From a virus (lineage: Duplodnaviria; Caudoviricetes), in the IMG/VR virus record IMGVR_UViG_3300020593_000115, positions 1 to 63,951 of that record: 63,951 nucleotides of DNA. One strand, given 5' to 3'. The notes beneath the pieces were generated by a model, which was not told where the DNA came from, did no database searches, and saw only the letters and a program-made list of their open reading frames with translations. A program made the position numbers and the translations under genes. Positions 9,209 through 19,195 of this stretch are shown in pieces; position 1 is the first letter of the stretch, and each line of letters opens with the position of its first letter.

Positions 9209-10122
9209 TGGGTAGGTATAAGATTGGCGATCGTGTGCGTCTGGTAAAGGACGGCGTATCAACGACTGGCGCAGTCGGTAAGTTGGCGACCATCGACTCG
9301 TGGGATGGACGGGTGATGAGCGGGAAGGATTATCTTCTCAAGATTGACCCGCCTTACGATTACAAGACTCTGTCGGTATCGCCGGAATACACTCGCGCCA
9401 CCGAAGATTGCTTTGTTGCCGTTGCGGATAGCAACAGCAACGAGAGTGGCCTCCGCATCGAAGCCGGCAAGTACTACCGCACCCGCGACGGGCGCAAGGT
9501 GAGGCCTATGGTGCGAGATGGAAAGGCATGGACGCCAAATAACGGTCGCCATTGGTACAATGGTGACGGTACACGTTATTTTGGCGAAGACGACGGCACC
9601 GTCATTGTAGCCGAGTGGCCCACCGAACCAAAGCGCTACTCTTCCTGCGAAGCGGCGCAAGTCGACGTGCAGCGCGAGGAGTACGGGCCGTTTGGTGCGG
9701 CGCAGCCTACGACGCGCAAGTTCACATGGCTGGAGGAGCAGGTGCGATCCGGTCGCATGTCCATCAATGATGCTCGGCGTCATGTAGGCCTCGACAGCGC
9801 CCCCGCCATCGTCGCCCGCATTGACAACGGCCAGCCGAAGCCGGCGACGAGGCCTTACGTGCACCCCAACCGCGCCAGCGCAGAGAAAGAGGCTGCTCGA
9901 CTGGCTAAGGCAAATCCTGGCCGAGAGTTCGGCGTGTACGAGTTTGTTTCTTCTGCCAAGGAAGAGCGTGTGTACGACTACGAATGGCAGCGGTTGGCGG
10001 CGACCACAAAGCCTGCACCGTGGGCCGGAGATCCCGCGGTCTCGTCTCTTATCAGTTTGACCGGCATGAGTGAGAAGTCGGCAACCTTGGCTGTTGGGCA
10101 GTTTCGTAGGGAAGCCGCCTAA
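9208..10122 (+). CDS. Hypothetical mosaic phage protein
   Basis: YKIGDRVRL and IEAGKYYRTRDGRKV modules; ends REAA. Confidence 0.7.
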   Translation: MGRYKIGDRVRLVKDGVSTTGAVGKLATIDSWDGRVMSGKDYLLKIDPPYDYKTLSVSPEYTRATEDCFVAVADSNSNESGLRIEAGKYYRTRDGRKVRPMVRDGKAWTPNNGRHWYNGDGTRYFGEDDGTVIVAEWPTEPKRYSSCEAAQVDVQREEYGPFGAAQPTTRKFTWLEEQVRSGRMSINDARRHVGLDSAPAIVARIDNGQPKPATRPYVHPNRASAEKEAARLAKANPGREFGVYEFVSSAKEERVYDYEWQRLAATTKPAPWAGDPAVSSLISLTGMSEKSATLAVGQFRREAA

Positions 10123-10182
10123 CCCTAACCACAACCAACCACCAACCCGCCGCCTGTGCTTACGCGCAGGCGGGAAGGAGGG

Positions 10183-10386
10183 AATGTGCTTTCAGTTGAA
10201 TCGCAAATAGGAATTGGATGTTTCTTTGCCGCCATATTGTTGCTGGCAACAACCTTGGCGGCATGGATTACGCACGTCGTCATCTGCATCAAGACGTCAG
10301 CGTGGATACTGCTAGCGTTCGGCTGCTTTGTGGCACCCGTTGGCGTCATTCACGGCATCGGCGTTTGGTTCGGGGTGTGGCCATGA
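10183..10386 (+). CDS. Small membrane protein (start uncertain)
   Basis: Hydrophobic helices; AWITHVV..PVGVIHG. Confidence 0.5.
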   Translation, partial: NVLSVESQIGIGCFFAAILLLATTLAAWITHVVICIKTSAWILLAFGCFVAPVGVIHGIGVWFGVWP

Positions 10387-10580
10387 TCCCCCACGACAAA
10401 TACGATCCATACCTGCACGGCGAGCTTGCGCCGATTTCTACAGGCAATGGATCCGCAAATATAGCTCGATGCCTTCTGCTCACCGCTGGCGTTCTAGTCG
10501 CCATCGGCATCGCATTCAGCTTTGTATTCTGGAACCTTGTCCTTCCGTACTACGGATTGATGTACCTGTTGGGACAGTGA
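10383..10580 (+). CDS. Small membrane protein
   Basis: Start MIPHDKY overlapping the upstream TGA; C-terminal TM helix. Confidence 0.5.
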   Translation: MIPHDKYDPYLHGELAPISTGNGSANIARCLLLTAGVLVAIGIAFSFVFWNLVLPYYGLMYLLGQ

Positions 10581-10705
10581 GATGCGGACAAGCCGCCACA
10601 ACTGCGTAGACACAGCTTTCCCCATGCCCCCACACCTTATCGGCTGGCTCGCAATGCTGGCCGTAGTCGCAGCCATTCTTATCACTCATTAGCTTAGGAG
10701 ACATA

Positions 10706-11491
10706 ATGGCTCTTTCACTTTCATCACTGAAATCCAGCAAGACCACCAACCCGCCTATCGTACTGCTTTACGGCGTGGACGGCATTGGCAAAACCAGCCT
10801 TGCGGCGGAGTGGCCCGATCCGCTCTACCTGCCGACGGAAGGGGAGCGTCCGCCGTCTGATGTTGATATCGCCACGCCAGGCACAATTGAAACATTTGGC
10901 TCGCTACTCGACATCTTTGGCGAACTTCTCACCGAGGAACACAACTTCAAGACCGTCATCGTGGACAGCCTCGACGGACTGGAGCCGCTCGTCTGGAGCG
11001 CAACCTGTGCTCGGCTCGGGGTGAACTCTATTGAGGATCCTGGCTATGGGCGGGGGTACGTTGAGGCAGATGCGGAATGGTCGGAATATCTTTCTGCTCT
11101 TGGAGCCTTGGCGCGCGCAGGCATTAACGTGGTCCAGATCGCTCACCCTGAAATCGTGCGCTTCGACAGCCCGGTAACGGATCCATATTCGCGCTACCAA
11201 CCCAAGCTGCACAAACGCGCCAACGCCCTTGTACGGGAGCGCGCCGACGTTGTGGCCTTCCTGAACCGCCGCGTCTCCATCAAGGAGAAGGAGGTTGCGC
11301 GCCAAACGAAGGTCTCACACGCTGAAGGTGGTAAAGAGATTCTGGTTCATCTCAATGAAGCAGCAGGCTTCAACGCAAAGAACCGTTACTCCATGCCAGA
11401 CAGCATCAAGTATGTGAAGGGGCAAGGGTATGCGGACCTGTCGAAGTTCTGGACGGGCGCCAATGACAATCAGCAGAAGGAGGCGGCGTGA
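10706..11491 (+). CDS. AAA_24 / Sak4-like ssDNA-annealing ATPase
   Basis: Walker A GVDGIGKT, Walker B IVDS, AKNRY motif. Confidence 0.88.
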   Translation: MALSLSSLKSSKTTNPPIVLLYGVDGIGKTSLAAEWPDPLYLPTEGERPPSDVDIATPGTIETFGSLLDIFGELLTEEHNFKTVIVDSLDGLEPLVWSATCARLGVNSIEDPGYGRGYVEADAEWSEYLSALGALARAGINVVQIAHPEIVRFDSPVTDPYSRYQPKLHKRANALVRERADVVAFLNRRVSIKEKEVARQTKVSHAEGGKEILVHLNEAAGFNAKNRYSMPDSIKYVKGQGYADLSKFWTGANDNQQKEAA

Positions 11492-11652
11492 TGGGGTGGC
11501 CGCAGATTACGGTAATAATCCTCATGTCGCTTAGCCTCGGTACTACCGTGGCGCTGCACGGCAAGCCACGTACACCTACAAGCTTTCCGGTTGCCGCAAT
11601 GGCAGTGGCTTTGCACGCCTGGCTTCTCTGGGCCGGCGGCTTTTTCAACTAA
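11488..11652 (+). CDS. Small two-TM membrane protein
   Basis: MGWPQITVIILMSL...LLWAGGFFN, translated by eye; below the ORF-track cutoff. Confidence 0.5.
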   Translation: MMGWPQITVIILMSLSLGTTVALHGKPRTPTSFPVAAMAVALHAWLLWAGGFFN

Positions 11653-11694
11653 CCATCACCACAACCACCACAAGCCATAACAAGGAGTACCTAA

Positions 11695-12252
11695 ATGGCG
11701 CAACTTGGCCAGCGTTTCGATGCAACCGCACACGACACCACGCAGAGCGATTATTCAGAACTTCCGAACGGTATTTATCGGCTTGAAGTCGAAGCCAGCG
11801 ACGTGACGCCCACAAAGGACGGCAAGGGAACCATTCTCAAGACGACCATGGTGGTCGTCGCGCCGGACGAATACGCGAAACGTAAACTGTTCACCAACTA
11901 CAACCTCGAAAACCCGAGCGCCCAAGCGCAGGAAATTGGGCAGCGCCAGTTTGCCGCCCTCTGCCGCGCCATTGGCGTGCATGAGGTGGAGGATTCCGAA
12001 GATCTGCACTTCCGTAGCTTCACGGTTAAGGTAGGCCTCGGCAAACCTTCAAAGGATGGGCAGTATCCGGCTCGCGCTGAGATCAAAAAATACTTCTTCC
12101 CAGATGAGGGCGATCTTCCTGAGCCGGCGATCGATCTGGAGCAGCCTGCGGCCGCTCCACGTCACGCCAACGACAACCGCGCCCCGGCCGCAAATGACAA
12201 TCGTCAGGCTGCACCAGCCGCTGCGGCGACCGGGAAAAAGCGGCCTTGGTAA
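11695..12252 (+). CDS. DUF669 family putative ssDNA-binding protein
   Basis: LPNGIY..., RKLFTNYNL, AQEIGQRQFAALCRAIG; located after the Sak4-like gene. Confidence 0.8.
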   Translation: MAQLGQRFDATAHDTTQSDYSELPNGIYRLEVEASDVTPTKDGKGTILKTTMVVVAPDEYAKRKLFTNYNLENPSAQAQEIGQRQFAALCRAIGVHEVEDSEDLHFRSFTVKVGLGKPSKDGQYPARAEIKKYFFPDEGDLPEPAIDLEQPAAAPRHANDNRAPAANDNRQAAPAAAATGKKRPW

Positions 12253-12327
12253 TTCAGTGACGGAATAAGACCGTGCCTGTTGCTGGCGCAGCAGGCACGC
12301 TCAATCGATTATTAAGAGGAGATATGT

Positions 12328-13173
12328 ATGGCTTATGAAGCTGAGCGCAAGCAAGTCTTGGCGGCAAGCCCGCTGCGATTTGACGGCGCATTTGTCGCTG
12401 GCGGAGCGGTAACGAGTGTCTTTACCGGATCAAAGATCAACGACACCGATGTCTATTTCAAGTCGCGGCGCGCGTTCGAGACTGGCGTCTTTCAGGCTTA
12501 CGAGGAGGGGCTTTGGTGTGTCGCGGCAAGCAAGCGCGCGGTGACATTCGCCGACAGGAGCGGCAACATAGCGCAATTGATGCACTTCGACTATTTCCCG
12601 ACCGCCGAAGACATTTTTGCGGCGTTTGACTTCACGATCGTCATGGGTGCGCTTGATTTGGATGCCGGTGAGAAATCGCACTGGGATGGCGCTCGCCTCG
12701 TAAAGAGCGGCTCGCCGCACCCCGACTCCGGTTTCGTGTTTCATCCCGATTTCCTGAAGCACAACAGCCAACGATTCCTGAAATTCAACGCAGGAACGCG
12801 ATATCCGCTCGCTTCTGCCACTCGCGTCCTGAAGTATCAGCAGCGCGGCTACACCATCGGCAAAGGCGACATGATGAAAATCGCACTGGCGGTACGTGGC
12901 GTAAAAATCGACTCGTGGGAAGATCTGAAGGACCAGATCGGAGGAGCATATGGCGATAAGGTTGTCCTCGGAAATGAGGACACGCCATTCACGCTGGATG
13001 CGGCAATTGAAGCGCTGACCGTCGAGGACGCTGAAAGCGAGCCGTGGGTACAGGCTGCCAACGACACCATGCCAGGCAACGCGGAAGACCTGTTGCGCCA
13101 CATCGCAAACTTGAACGGCGTGGAGTACATCGCACCTGAACTTGACGAGGATGGCTGGCCTAAGGCTGCCTAA
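12328..13173 (+). CDS. Pol-beta-superfamily nucleotidyltransferase-like protein
   Basis: FVAGGAV...NDTDVYF (hGG-DxD), FDFT, RVLKYQQRGY. Confidence 0.7.
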   Translation: MAYEAERKQVLAASPLRFDGAFVAGGAVTSVFTGSKINDTDVYFKSRRAFETGVFQAYEEGLWCVAASKRAVTFADRSGNIAQLMHFDYFPTAEDIFAAFDFTIVMGALDLDAGEKSHWDGARLVKSGSPHPDSGFVFHPDFLKHNSQRFLKFNAGTRYPLASATRVLKYQQRGYTIGKGDMMKIALAVRGVKIDSWEDLKDQIGGAYGDKVVLGNEDTPFTLDAAIEALTVEDAESEPWVQAANDTMPGNAEDLLRHIANLNGVEYIAPELDEDGWPKAA

Positions 13174-13270
13174 CAATACCCACACAATAAAAAAGAGGCG
13201 ACGCCCAGTACAGACGTCGCCTCTCAAACACCACTACATCGCAGGCCACCACGCCCACGAGGAGTACTTA

Positions 13271-14308
13271 ATGCTGATAAATCGCACCAAGTTGGGGCAG
13301 CTTCTACAGCAAGCTTCAAAAGTTGTCAACACTCGCAACACAATCCCGGTGCTGGCCACGGTCAAGCTCGTCGCAGACGGAAACTCACTCACCGTTACTG
13401 CCACAGACCTTGATATCGAAATCACGGCCAAAATGGATTGCTCCGGGTCGCTGTCGGCCTGTATCGATGCCAGGCTGCTTTCTGGCATAATTGGGAAATT
13501 GAGTGCGAACGATGTCGAAATCGAAGTAGACGGCAACACCGCTGTCATCAAAGCCGGTCGCTCTCGGTTTAAATTGCCCGTCCTTCCCGTCGAAGACTTC
13601 CCGACCATGGATGTGGGGCAGTTCGATGCGGAGTTTGAGGCTGACCCATCATCGATTTTCGGGCCGGTTGCCTTCGCCATGTCGATAGAAGCGGCGCGCT
13701 ATTATCTCTGCGGCGTCTACCTACAGCCCACTGCGGTGACGGCCACCGATGGTCATCGTTTGTCGACTGTATCGATCGACCTAGGCGCAGAGTTCGAGCC
13801 GGTAATCGTACCTTCTGCCACCGTGGCGGTCGCGCCGAAGGGCAAGACTACGGTTCGCGTTTCCTCTGGCAAGATTCAATTCAGCACAGGCGAAACCACA
13901 ATCACAAGCCGCCTCGTGGACGGCAGCTATCCGGACTATGAGCGGGTTATCCCTCGCGGCCAAGAAAATACCGCTGTGTTCGATAACGCCGAACTCAAGG
14001 CGGCGGCAGAGCGTGTGTCTGTTGTCTCCATCGATAAGACGCCATCCATCAAGCTTGCCTTGGACGGCGAAGAAATCGCTGTAACGGCCCGTGCGATAGA
14101 GGCCGAGGCGGCCGACATGGTCAAATGCGCCTATGACGGCCCGGCGCAGGCCGTTGGGTTCAACGCCAACTATCTGAAGGATGTGCTCTCAGCGCTCCCC
14201 GCGGGGGAGGTGCGAATGGCGGTCGGCGATTGTAACGGCCCTGTCGTGTTCGTCAGCGATGCGGCGCCGGAACAACGCATTGTGCTCATGCCGGTGAGGG
14301 TAGGGTGA
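13271..14308 (+). CDS. dnaN: DNA polymerase III beta sliding clamp homolog
   Basis: RNTIPVL, ATDLD, ATDGHRL, GSYPDYERVIP, GFNANYL, VLMPVR. Confidence 0.93.
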   Translation: MLINRTKLGQLLQQASKVVNTRNTIPVLATVKLVADGNSLTVTATDLDIEITAKMDCSGSLSACIDARLLSGIIGKLSANDVEIEVDGNTAVIKAGRSRFKLPVLPVEDFPTMDVGQFDAEFEADPSSIFGPVAFAMSIEAARYYLCGVYLQPTAVTATDGHRLSTVSIDLGAEFEPVIVPSATVAVAPKGKTTVRVSSGKIQFSTGETTITSRLVDGSYPDYERVIPRGQENTAVFDNAELKAAAERVSVVSIDKTPSIKLALDGEEIAVTARAIEAEAADMVKCAYDGPAQAVGFNANYLKDVLSALPAGEVRMAVGDCNGPVVFVSDAAPEQRIVLMPVRVG

Positions 14309-14559
14309 TGGGTAAGCCCCGAAAGACCATCGAAGATGTAATCTGCGCCATCCAAGAGGCGCTTGATATCGCGGAAGAAATAGGCGACGCGGGCGAAGAT
14401 GGATATGACCAAGACGCTCGTCAGGCGGCAATAGACGCAATTAGCATGATTAGGCGCGGCGCATACGACGACGCGATTATCACGATTCAACGTGAGTTCC
14501 TACCGAAGTGGGCAGATCAAGCCGATTGCGAGGCGGCTTACAAGGAGGCGATGGGGTGA
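14308..14559 (+). CDS. Hypothetical protein
   Basis: TGATG coupling. Confidence 0.55.
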   Translation: MGKPRKTIEDVICAIQEALDIAEEIGDAGEDGYDQDARQAAIDAISMIRRGAYDDAIITIQREFLPKWADQADCEAAYKEAMG

Positions 14560-14738
14560 TGAGCAAAGAAGAAAAGAAGTACGTATGGATGGTTGATGTC
14601 AATCGCATGTCTGCGCTGAAGGTCGTCTTCTCTAAGCCGGTGACTAGGGACGAAGCCATAGGCGTATATCTGGACGGGGATTATGATGACATAATTGACG
14701 AGGAAGACCATGGCGTTGAAGTAGTAGGAGCTCACTAA
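14559..14738 (+). CDS. Hypothetical protein
   Basis: Start MSKEEKK with TGATG coupling. Confidence 0.55.
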   Translation: MSKEEKKYVWMVDVNRMSALKVVFSKPVTRDEAIGVYLDGDYDDIIDEEDHGVEVVGAH

Positions 14739-15712
14739 TGGCGCCTCTTCCAAAGCCCCAAGCCTCCACGGTAGGCGCGATTTACCGCGCCTACGAGGCC
14801 CGCAACGAACAGCGAGACGGAAAGACAATTCCTGTCTCGCAACTAGCGGAGGAATGCGCCCGCAAGCTGTTCTATGACTTCCGGTGGATATCGCCCCACG
14901 AAACCATACCTGGCCGCACGCTTCGCATTTTCGAGACAGGCGTCATGGAGGAAAATCGCTGGATTGAAAACCTGCGAATGATCGGATGCGAGGTCGTGGA
15001 CCGCGCACCGGATGGACGTCAAATCCGTGTTGACCTGTGTGGCGGCCATGTCGGCGGCTATCTGGACTGCGAGGTTCTTGGTATTCCAGAGGCGCCTAAG
15101 ACATGGCACGTCGGCGAAATCAAGTCGCACAATCTAAAAAGCTTCACGGATCTTAAGAAGAAGGGGTTGAAAGAAAGCAAACCGCTCCACTACGGGCAGA
15201 TACAGACCTACATGCACGCTCGCGGTCGCGATCGAGGCATCTATCTCGCCGTGTGCAAGGACAATGACGAACTGTATGCGGAGCGAGTCCATCTCGATAC
15301 TGAATACGTTATTCGGCTTCTGGCCAAGGCGGCACGCATTGTTCAATCGCACGAGCCGCCGCCAAAACTGCATGACGATCCCACGGCCAAGATGGCGTTT
15401 GCGTGCGGCTGGTGCAAGCACAAGCCGGTTTGTCACGAAGACGCGTGGCCACGATCGAATTGCCGGACGTGCCTATACAGCAGCCCAGAGGAGGGCGGAA
15501 CGTGGAGTTGCGCCAGGTTCAACAAACCGCTTTCGCTTGATGAGCAGAGGGCGGGATGCCCTGCCCATCTCTACCTCCCCAGCCTGATACCAGGCGAGCA
15601 AATTGATAGCGACGAGGGCGCGGAAACCGTCACCTACAAACTCCGCACCGGCCGGATTTGGATTGATGGCGCGGCGAACGACAACACCCCCACCGAAGAA
15701 GTAGCAGCATGA
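14738..15712 (+). CDS. Cas4-like PD-(D/E)XK exonuclease
   Basis: C..R, GYLD, EIKS, QIQTYM motifs and CGWC/CRTC cysteine clusters. Confidence 0.85.
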   Translation: MAPLPKPQASTVGAIYRAYEARNEQRDGKTIPVSQLAEECARKLFYDFRWISPHETIPGRTLRIFETGVMEENRWIENLRMIGCEVVDRAPDGRQIRVDLCGGHVGGYLDCEVLGIPEAPKTWHVGEIKSHNLKSFTDLKKKGLKESKPLHYGQIQTYMHARGRDRGIYLAVCKDNDELYAERVHLDTEYVIRLLAKAARIVQSHEPPPKLHDDPTAKMAFACGWCKHKPVCHEDAWPRSNCRTCLYSSPEEGGTWSCARFNKPLSLDEQRAGCPAHLYLPSLIPGEQIDSDEGAETVTYKLRTGRIWIDGAANDNTPTEEVAA

Positions 15713-16194
15713 CCACCACACGCATCATCCCACCCAAAGCCGCGAATGATAACACACACCCAGTCCTGCAATGGACGCGTCTGCTGCACAAGGTGGCGCG
15801 ACGTCTAGAGCCGCGAGCACAGGACCGGGAGGATCTGGTGCAGGAGACGATTGCCATGTGCCTTGAGCGTTGGGCGTCGTACAACCCGGCTGAAAGCCTG
15901 CCGGGATGGCTGATTTTCAACATGCGGGAGTGCAGAGCAAACCTGCGCCGACAGGGTAGGGTGCGCACGACCAGCCTTGAGGACTGCTTCAGTCACCCGT
16001 CCGAGCCACCGCGGCAGCATCATACAGCAGAGCTATCGCAGGCCATGGACCGGCTCGGTACCCGCAACGGTTCGTTTCTGCTGCGGTTCGCAATGGGGGA
16101 AAGCACGCCGGACATCGCCGCGGAGACAGGTCTTTCAAAACAGCGGGTGCACCAGATCATAAAGCAGGAACGAAACAAGCTGGAGGCGGCTTGA
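15709..16194 (+). CDS. ECF-like RNA polymerase sigma factor
   Basis: REDLVQET region 2 and IAAETGLSKQRVHQI region 4 HTH. Confidence 0.75.
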   Translation: MTTTRIIPPKAANDNTHPVLQWTRLLHKVARRLEPRAQDREDLVQETIAMCLERWASYNPAESLPGWLIFNMRECRANLRRQGRVRTTSLEDCFSHPSEPPRQHHTAELSQAMDRLGTRNGSFLLRFAMGESTPDIAAETGLSKQRVHQIIKQERNKLEAA

Positions 16195-18948
16195 ATGATA
16201 CAACTTCGCGACTATCAGCGCGCCGCCATTGACGCACTCTATTCGTACTGGGCTGAAAAGCCCGGTTCGCCGCTCATTGTTCTGCCGACCGGATGTCACG
16301 CACCCGGCACCCGAATCCTGATGTATGACGGAACTACGAAGCCTGTAGAGCGGATCGCTGCCAACGACAATGTTATGGGGCCAGACAGTAACCCGCGTCG
16401 CGTGATTAGAACAATATCGGGTCGCGAGATGATGTATCGGGTTACGCCTAAGAAGGGCGACCCGTTTATTGTGAATGAGAATCACATTCTCTCGCTCAAG
16501 ACAACGAGCGAAGGGAAAAAAGCCGACCGATATCCAAACTCCTACCGGCGCGGGGGCGAGATTGTCAATATTAGCGTTGCAGACTACCTGAAAAAATCCA
16601 GGAGTTGGAAGCATCTGCACAAGCTGTGGCGAACCGGCATTGAATTTCGGGAGCCAGCAAATGACAATTTTCCGGTGCCACCATACATCGTTGGCGTGAT
16701 GCTGGGTGACGGTAGCCTGAATTATACGCCAACGCTTACGAACATGGATCCAGAAGTGCTGGACGAGGTATGTGATTATGTTGAAGCGATAGGCGTTGAT
16801 ACCAGAATTGCGCAAAAGCCAAACAATCGCGCATGGCAAGTGTCTTTCCCGGATTCAAAATCGAGCCGTTCCAGCCGCAATCGCTTTGTTGCCAGGCTTG
16901 AAGAAGCCGGATTGTGGGGAATGATCTGCGACAAGAAGGCAATCCCGGTACCATACAAAACTGGCAGTCGCAAGACGCGCCTTGAGGTGCTTGCCGGCCT
17001 TCTGGATACGGACGGACACCTCTCTCGTGGCAATCATTTTGATTTCATATCAAAATCAAATGAGCTTTCGCGAGACGTCGCGTTTGTAGCAAGAAGCCTA
17101 GGCTTGGCCGCATATATCACCGAATGCGAAAAATACTGCCAAACTGGTGGCGGAGGTACATATTGGCGCGTGTCTATATCTGGCGATATAGACATAATAC
17201 CAAATCGTGTTGCTCGTCAGCGGGCGGTCCCACGGCGTCAAAAGAAGAATCCGCTTGTAACTGGGTTTTCTATTGAGCCCGTCGACATTGGAGACTTTTA
17301 CGGCTTTGAACTTGACGGCGACCACCTCTATTTGACCGAAGACTTTACGGTACACCACAACAGCGGGAAGAGCCTTGTTCTCGGCACCGTATGCAAGGAA
17401 CTAATCGAAAACTACCCCGACATGCGGATAGCGGTAGTCACGCACGTCCGGGAGCTAATCCTGTCTAATTATAAGGAACTTCTAAATATCTGGCCATTCG
17501 CTCCTGCAGGTATTTTTTCTGCCGGAGTAGGGCGAAGCGATGCGCATTCCCAGATCATCTTCGGTGGTGTACAAACCATAGCCACCAAGGCTGCACAAAT
17601 TGGGCACATTGACCTTGTCATGGTCGATGAAGCACACCTCATGCCGCGCAACTCTGAGACGCAGTACGGCAGGCTCTTAAGTGGGCTGCGCTCCATCAAT
17701 CCAGATTTAAAGCTGGTCGGATTAACCGCTACCCCTTATCGCCTGGGCGAGGGACTTTTACACGAAGGTGAAGGCGCTCTGTTTGACGATATATGCTTTG
17801 AACAGCCTGTATCAGACATGATTGACAGCGGCTACCTCGTTCGGCCCATCAGCAAGGGTATGGCCACGACATACGATGTGTCGGGGGTAGGGAAGCTTGG
17901 TGGAGACTATAAGCAAAAAGCGCTCCAGGCCGCGGTCGACAAGGAGGATCTTACACGGGCCGTTGTTGACGAAATCGTATCTTATGGGCGCGATCGCAAG
18001 GCGTGGCTTTGCTTCTGCTCCGGAGTTGAGCACGCCTACCACATGCGTGACGAAATTCGTAGCCGCGGCTTTTCGTGCGAAACCATTGATGGAACAACGC
18101 CAACTGCGGAGCGAGACAGAATTTTAGAAGACTTCAAGGCGGGACGATTGCGGGCCGTCACAAACAACAGCGTGATGACGACCGGAACCAATGTGCCCAT
18201 CATCGATCTGGTGGCGTTTTGCCGGCCAACGCAGTCCCCTGGATTGTACATCCAAATGGCCGGTCGCGGTCTGCGGCTTTATCCAGGTAAAGAGAATTGC
18301 CTTTTCCTTGACTTTGCCGGTGTCGTGCGGAAGCACGGTCCAATCGACGCCGTCATTCCGCCTAACGCGCGCAGCGGGACAGGAGACGCGCCCGTCAAGC
18401 AGTGCCCGCAGGAATCTGGTGGTTGCGGCTCGTTGGTGCACGCATCTGCACACCAGTGCCCGGACTGCGGATACGAATTTCCGATAGATGACGCGCCGAA
18501 AATCAAGGGGACGGCAGAAGACGTGCCAATGCTGTCAAAAGGCGACGCAAGTTGGCGCAGCGTCAGCAGCCGCCGCTTTGACTATCACGAGGGGAAGAAC
18601 GGCAAGCCGCCCAGCCTGAAGGTTAGCTATATGGTCGGGCTTACCGCAATGCGGGAATGGCTGTGCTTTGAGCACAGCGGTTACGCGCAGAGCAAGGCGC
18701 ATCGCTGGTGGGCGAAGCACGGCGGCGAGCGTCCATTCCCGCGCACGATACTTGAGGCGCTGGAGCGCCAACGTGAGCTTATCGAGACGGCCGAGATTAG
18801 CGTGCGGCCGAGCGGCAAATATTGGGAGATTGTCGACCACAAGGTCGGCACCGAGCGCGCGGCGAATGACAACGACATGCCGGCGGATAATGATAACTAC
18901 GATTCACCTGGATTGAGAGAGGTTCTTGACGATGACATCCCGTTCTAG
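16195..18948 (+). CDS. SF2 DEAH helicase (RadD/YejH-like) interrupted by an intein
   Basis: LRDYQ, PTG/SGKS, DEAH, GLTAT, QMAGRGLR and a C-terminal Zn finger. Confidence 0.93.
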   Translation: MIQLRDYQRAAIDALYSYWAEKPGSPLIVLPTGCHAPGTRILMYDGTTKPVERIAANDNVMGPDSNPRRVIRTISGREMMYRVTPKKGDPFIVNENHILSLKTTSEGKKADRYPNSYRRGGEIVNISVADYLKKSRSWKHLHKLWRTGIEFREPANDNFPVPPYIVGVMLGDGSLNYTPTLTNMDPEVLDEVCDYVEAIGVDTRIAQKPNNRAWQVSFPDSKSSRSSRNRFVARLEEAGLWGMICDKKAIPVPYKTGSRKTRLEVLAGLLDTDGHLSRGNHFDFISKSNELSRDVAFVARSLGLAAYITECEKYCQTGGGGTYWRVSISGDIDIIPNRVARQRAVPRRQKKNPLVTGFSIEPVDIGDFYGFELDGDHLYLTEDFTVHHNSGKSLVLGTVCKELIENYPDMRIAVVTHVRELILSNYKELLNIWPFAPAGIFSAGVGRSDAHSQIIFGGVQTIATKAAQIGHIDLVMVDEAHLMPRNSETQYGRLLSGLRSINPDLKLVGLTATPYRLGEGLLHEGEGALFDDICFEQPVSDMIDSGYLVRPISKGMATTYDVSGVGKLGGDYKQKALQAAVDKEDLTRAVVDEIVSYGRDRKAWLCFCSGVEHAYHMRDEIRSRGFSCETIDGTTPTAERDRILEDFKAGRLRAVTNNSVMTTGTNVPIIDLVAFCRPTQSPGLYIQMAGRGLRLYPGKENCLFLDFAGVVRKHGPIDAVIPPNARSGTGDAPVKQCPQESGGCGSLVHASAHQCPDCGYEFPIDDAPKIKGTAEDVPMLSKGDASWRSVSSRRFDYHEGKNGKPPSLKVSYMVGLTAMREWLCFEHSGYAQSKAHRWWAKHGGERPFPRTILEALERQRELIETAEISVRPSGKYWEIVDHKVGTERAANDNDMPADNDNYDSPGLREVLDDDIPF
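16294..17361 (+). mobile_element. Intein with LAGLIDADG homing endonuclease (356 aa)
   Basis: Starts C-HAPGT, ends HHN with +1 Ser; splits Walker A; LGDG and LAGLLDTDG motifs. Confidence 0.95.
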
Positions 18949-19144
18949 ATCCGCTTCCCGTTCTGACCCCCGCGATGTAATCGCAACGCATGTTGGCCGC
19001 ATCACGGCCAGCATGATTATCGATTCTCTCCACGACGCCGGCTACATCATTGTCGAGCGTGGCGCTATCGGCCGCGCTCAGCGGGAAGCCGTGCGGCAGT
19101 ATCAGGAAGACAACGACAACCGGCCGCTTCCGCACGCCTGTTGA
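18932..19144 (+). CDS. Hypothetical small protein
   Basis: Overlaps the helicase end; DSLHDAGYIIV. Confidence 0.45.
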   Translation: MTSRSRSASRSDPRDVIATHVGRITASMIIDSLHDAGYIIVERGAIGRAQREAVRQYQEDNDNRPLPHAC

Positions 19145-19195
19145 TATGCGCTTCCGCATATATGCCTTGACACGGTAGGCGAAAACGCCTATCGT
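19144..19195 (+). promoter_or_regulatory. Promoter TTGACA-17-TATCGT with two operators
   Basis: ATATGCGCTTCCGCATAT and TAGGCGAAAACGCCTA palindromes. Confidence 0.8.
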
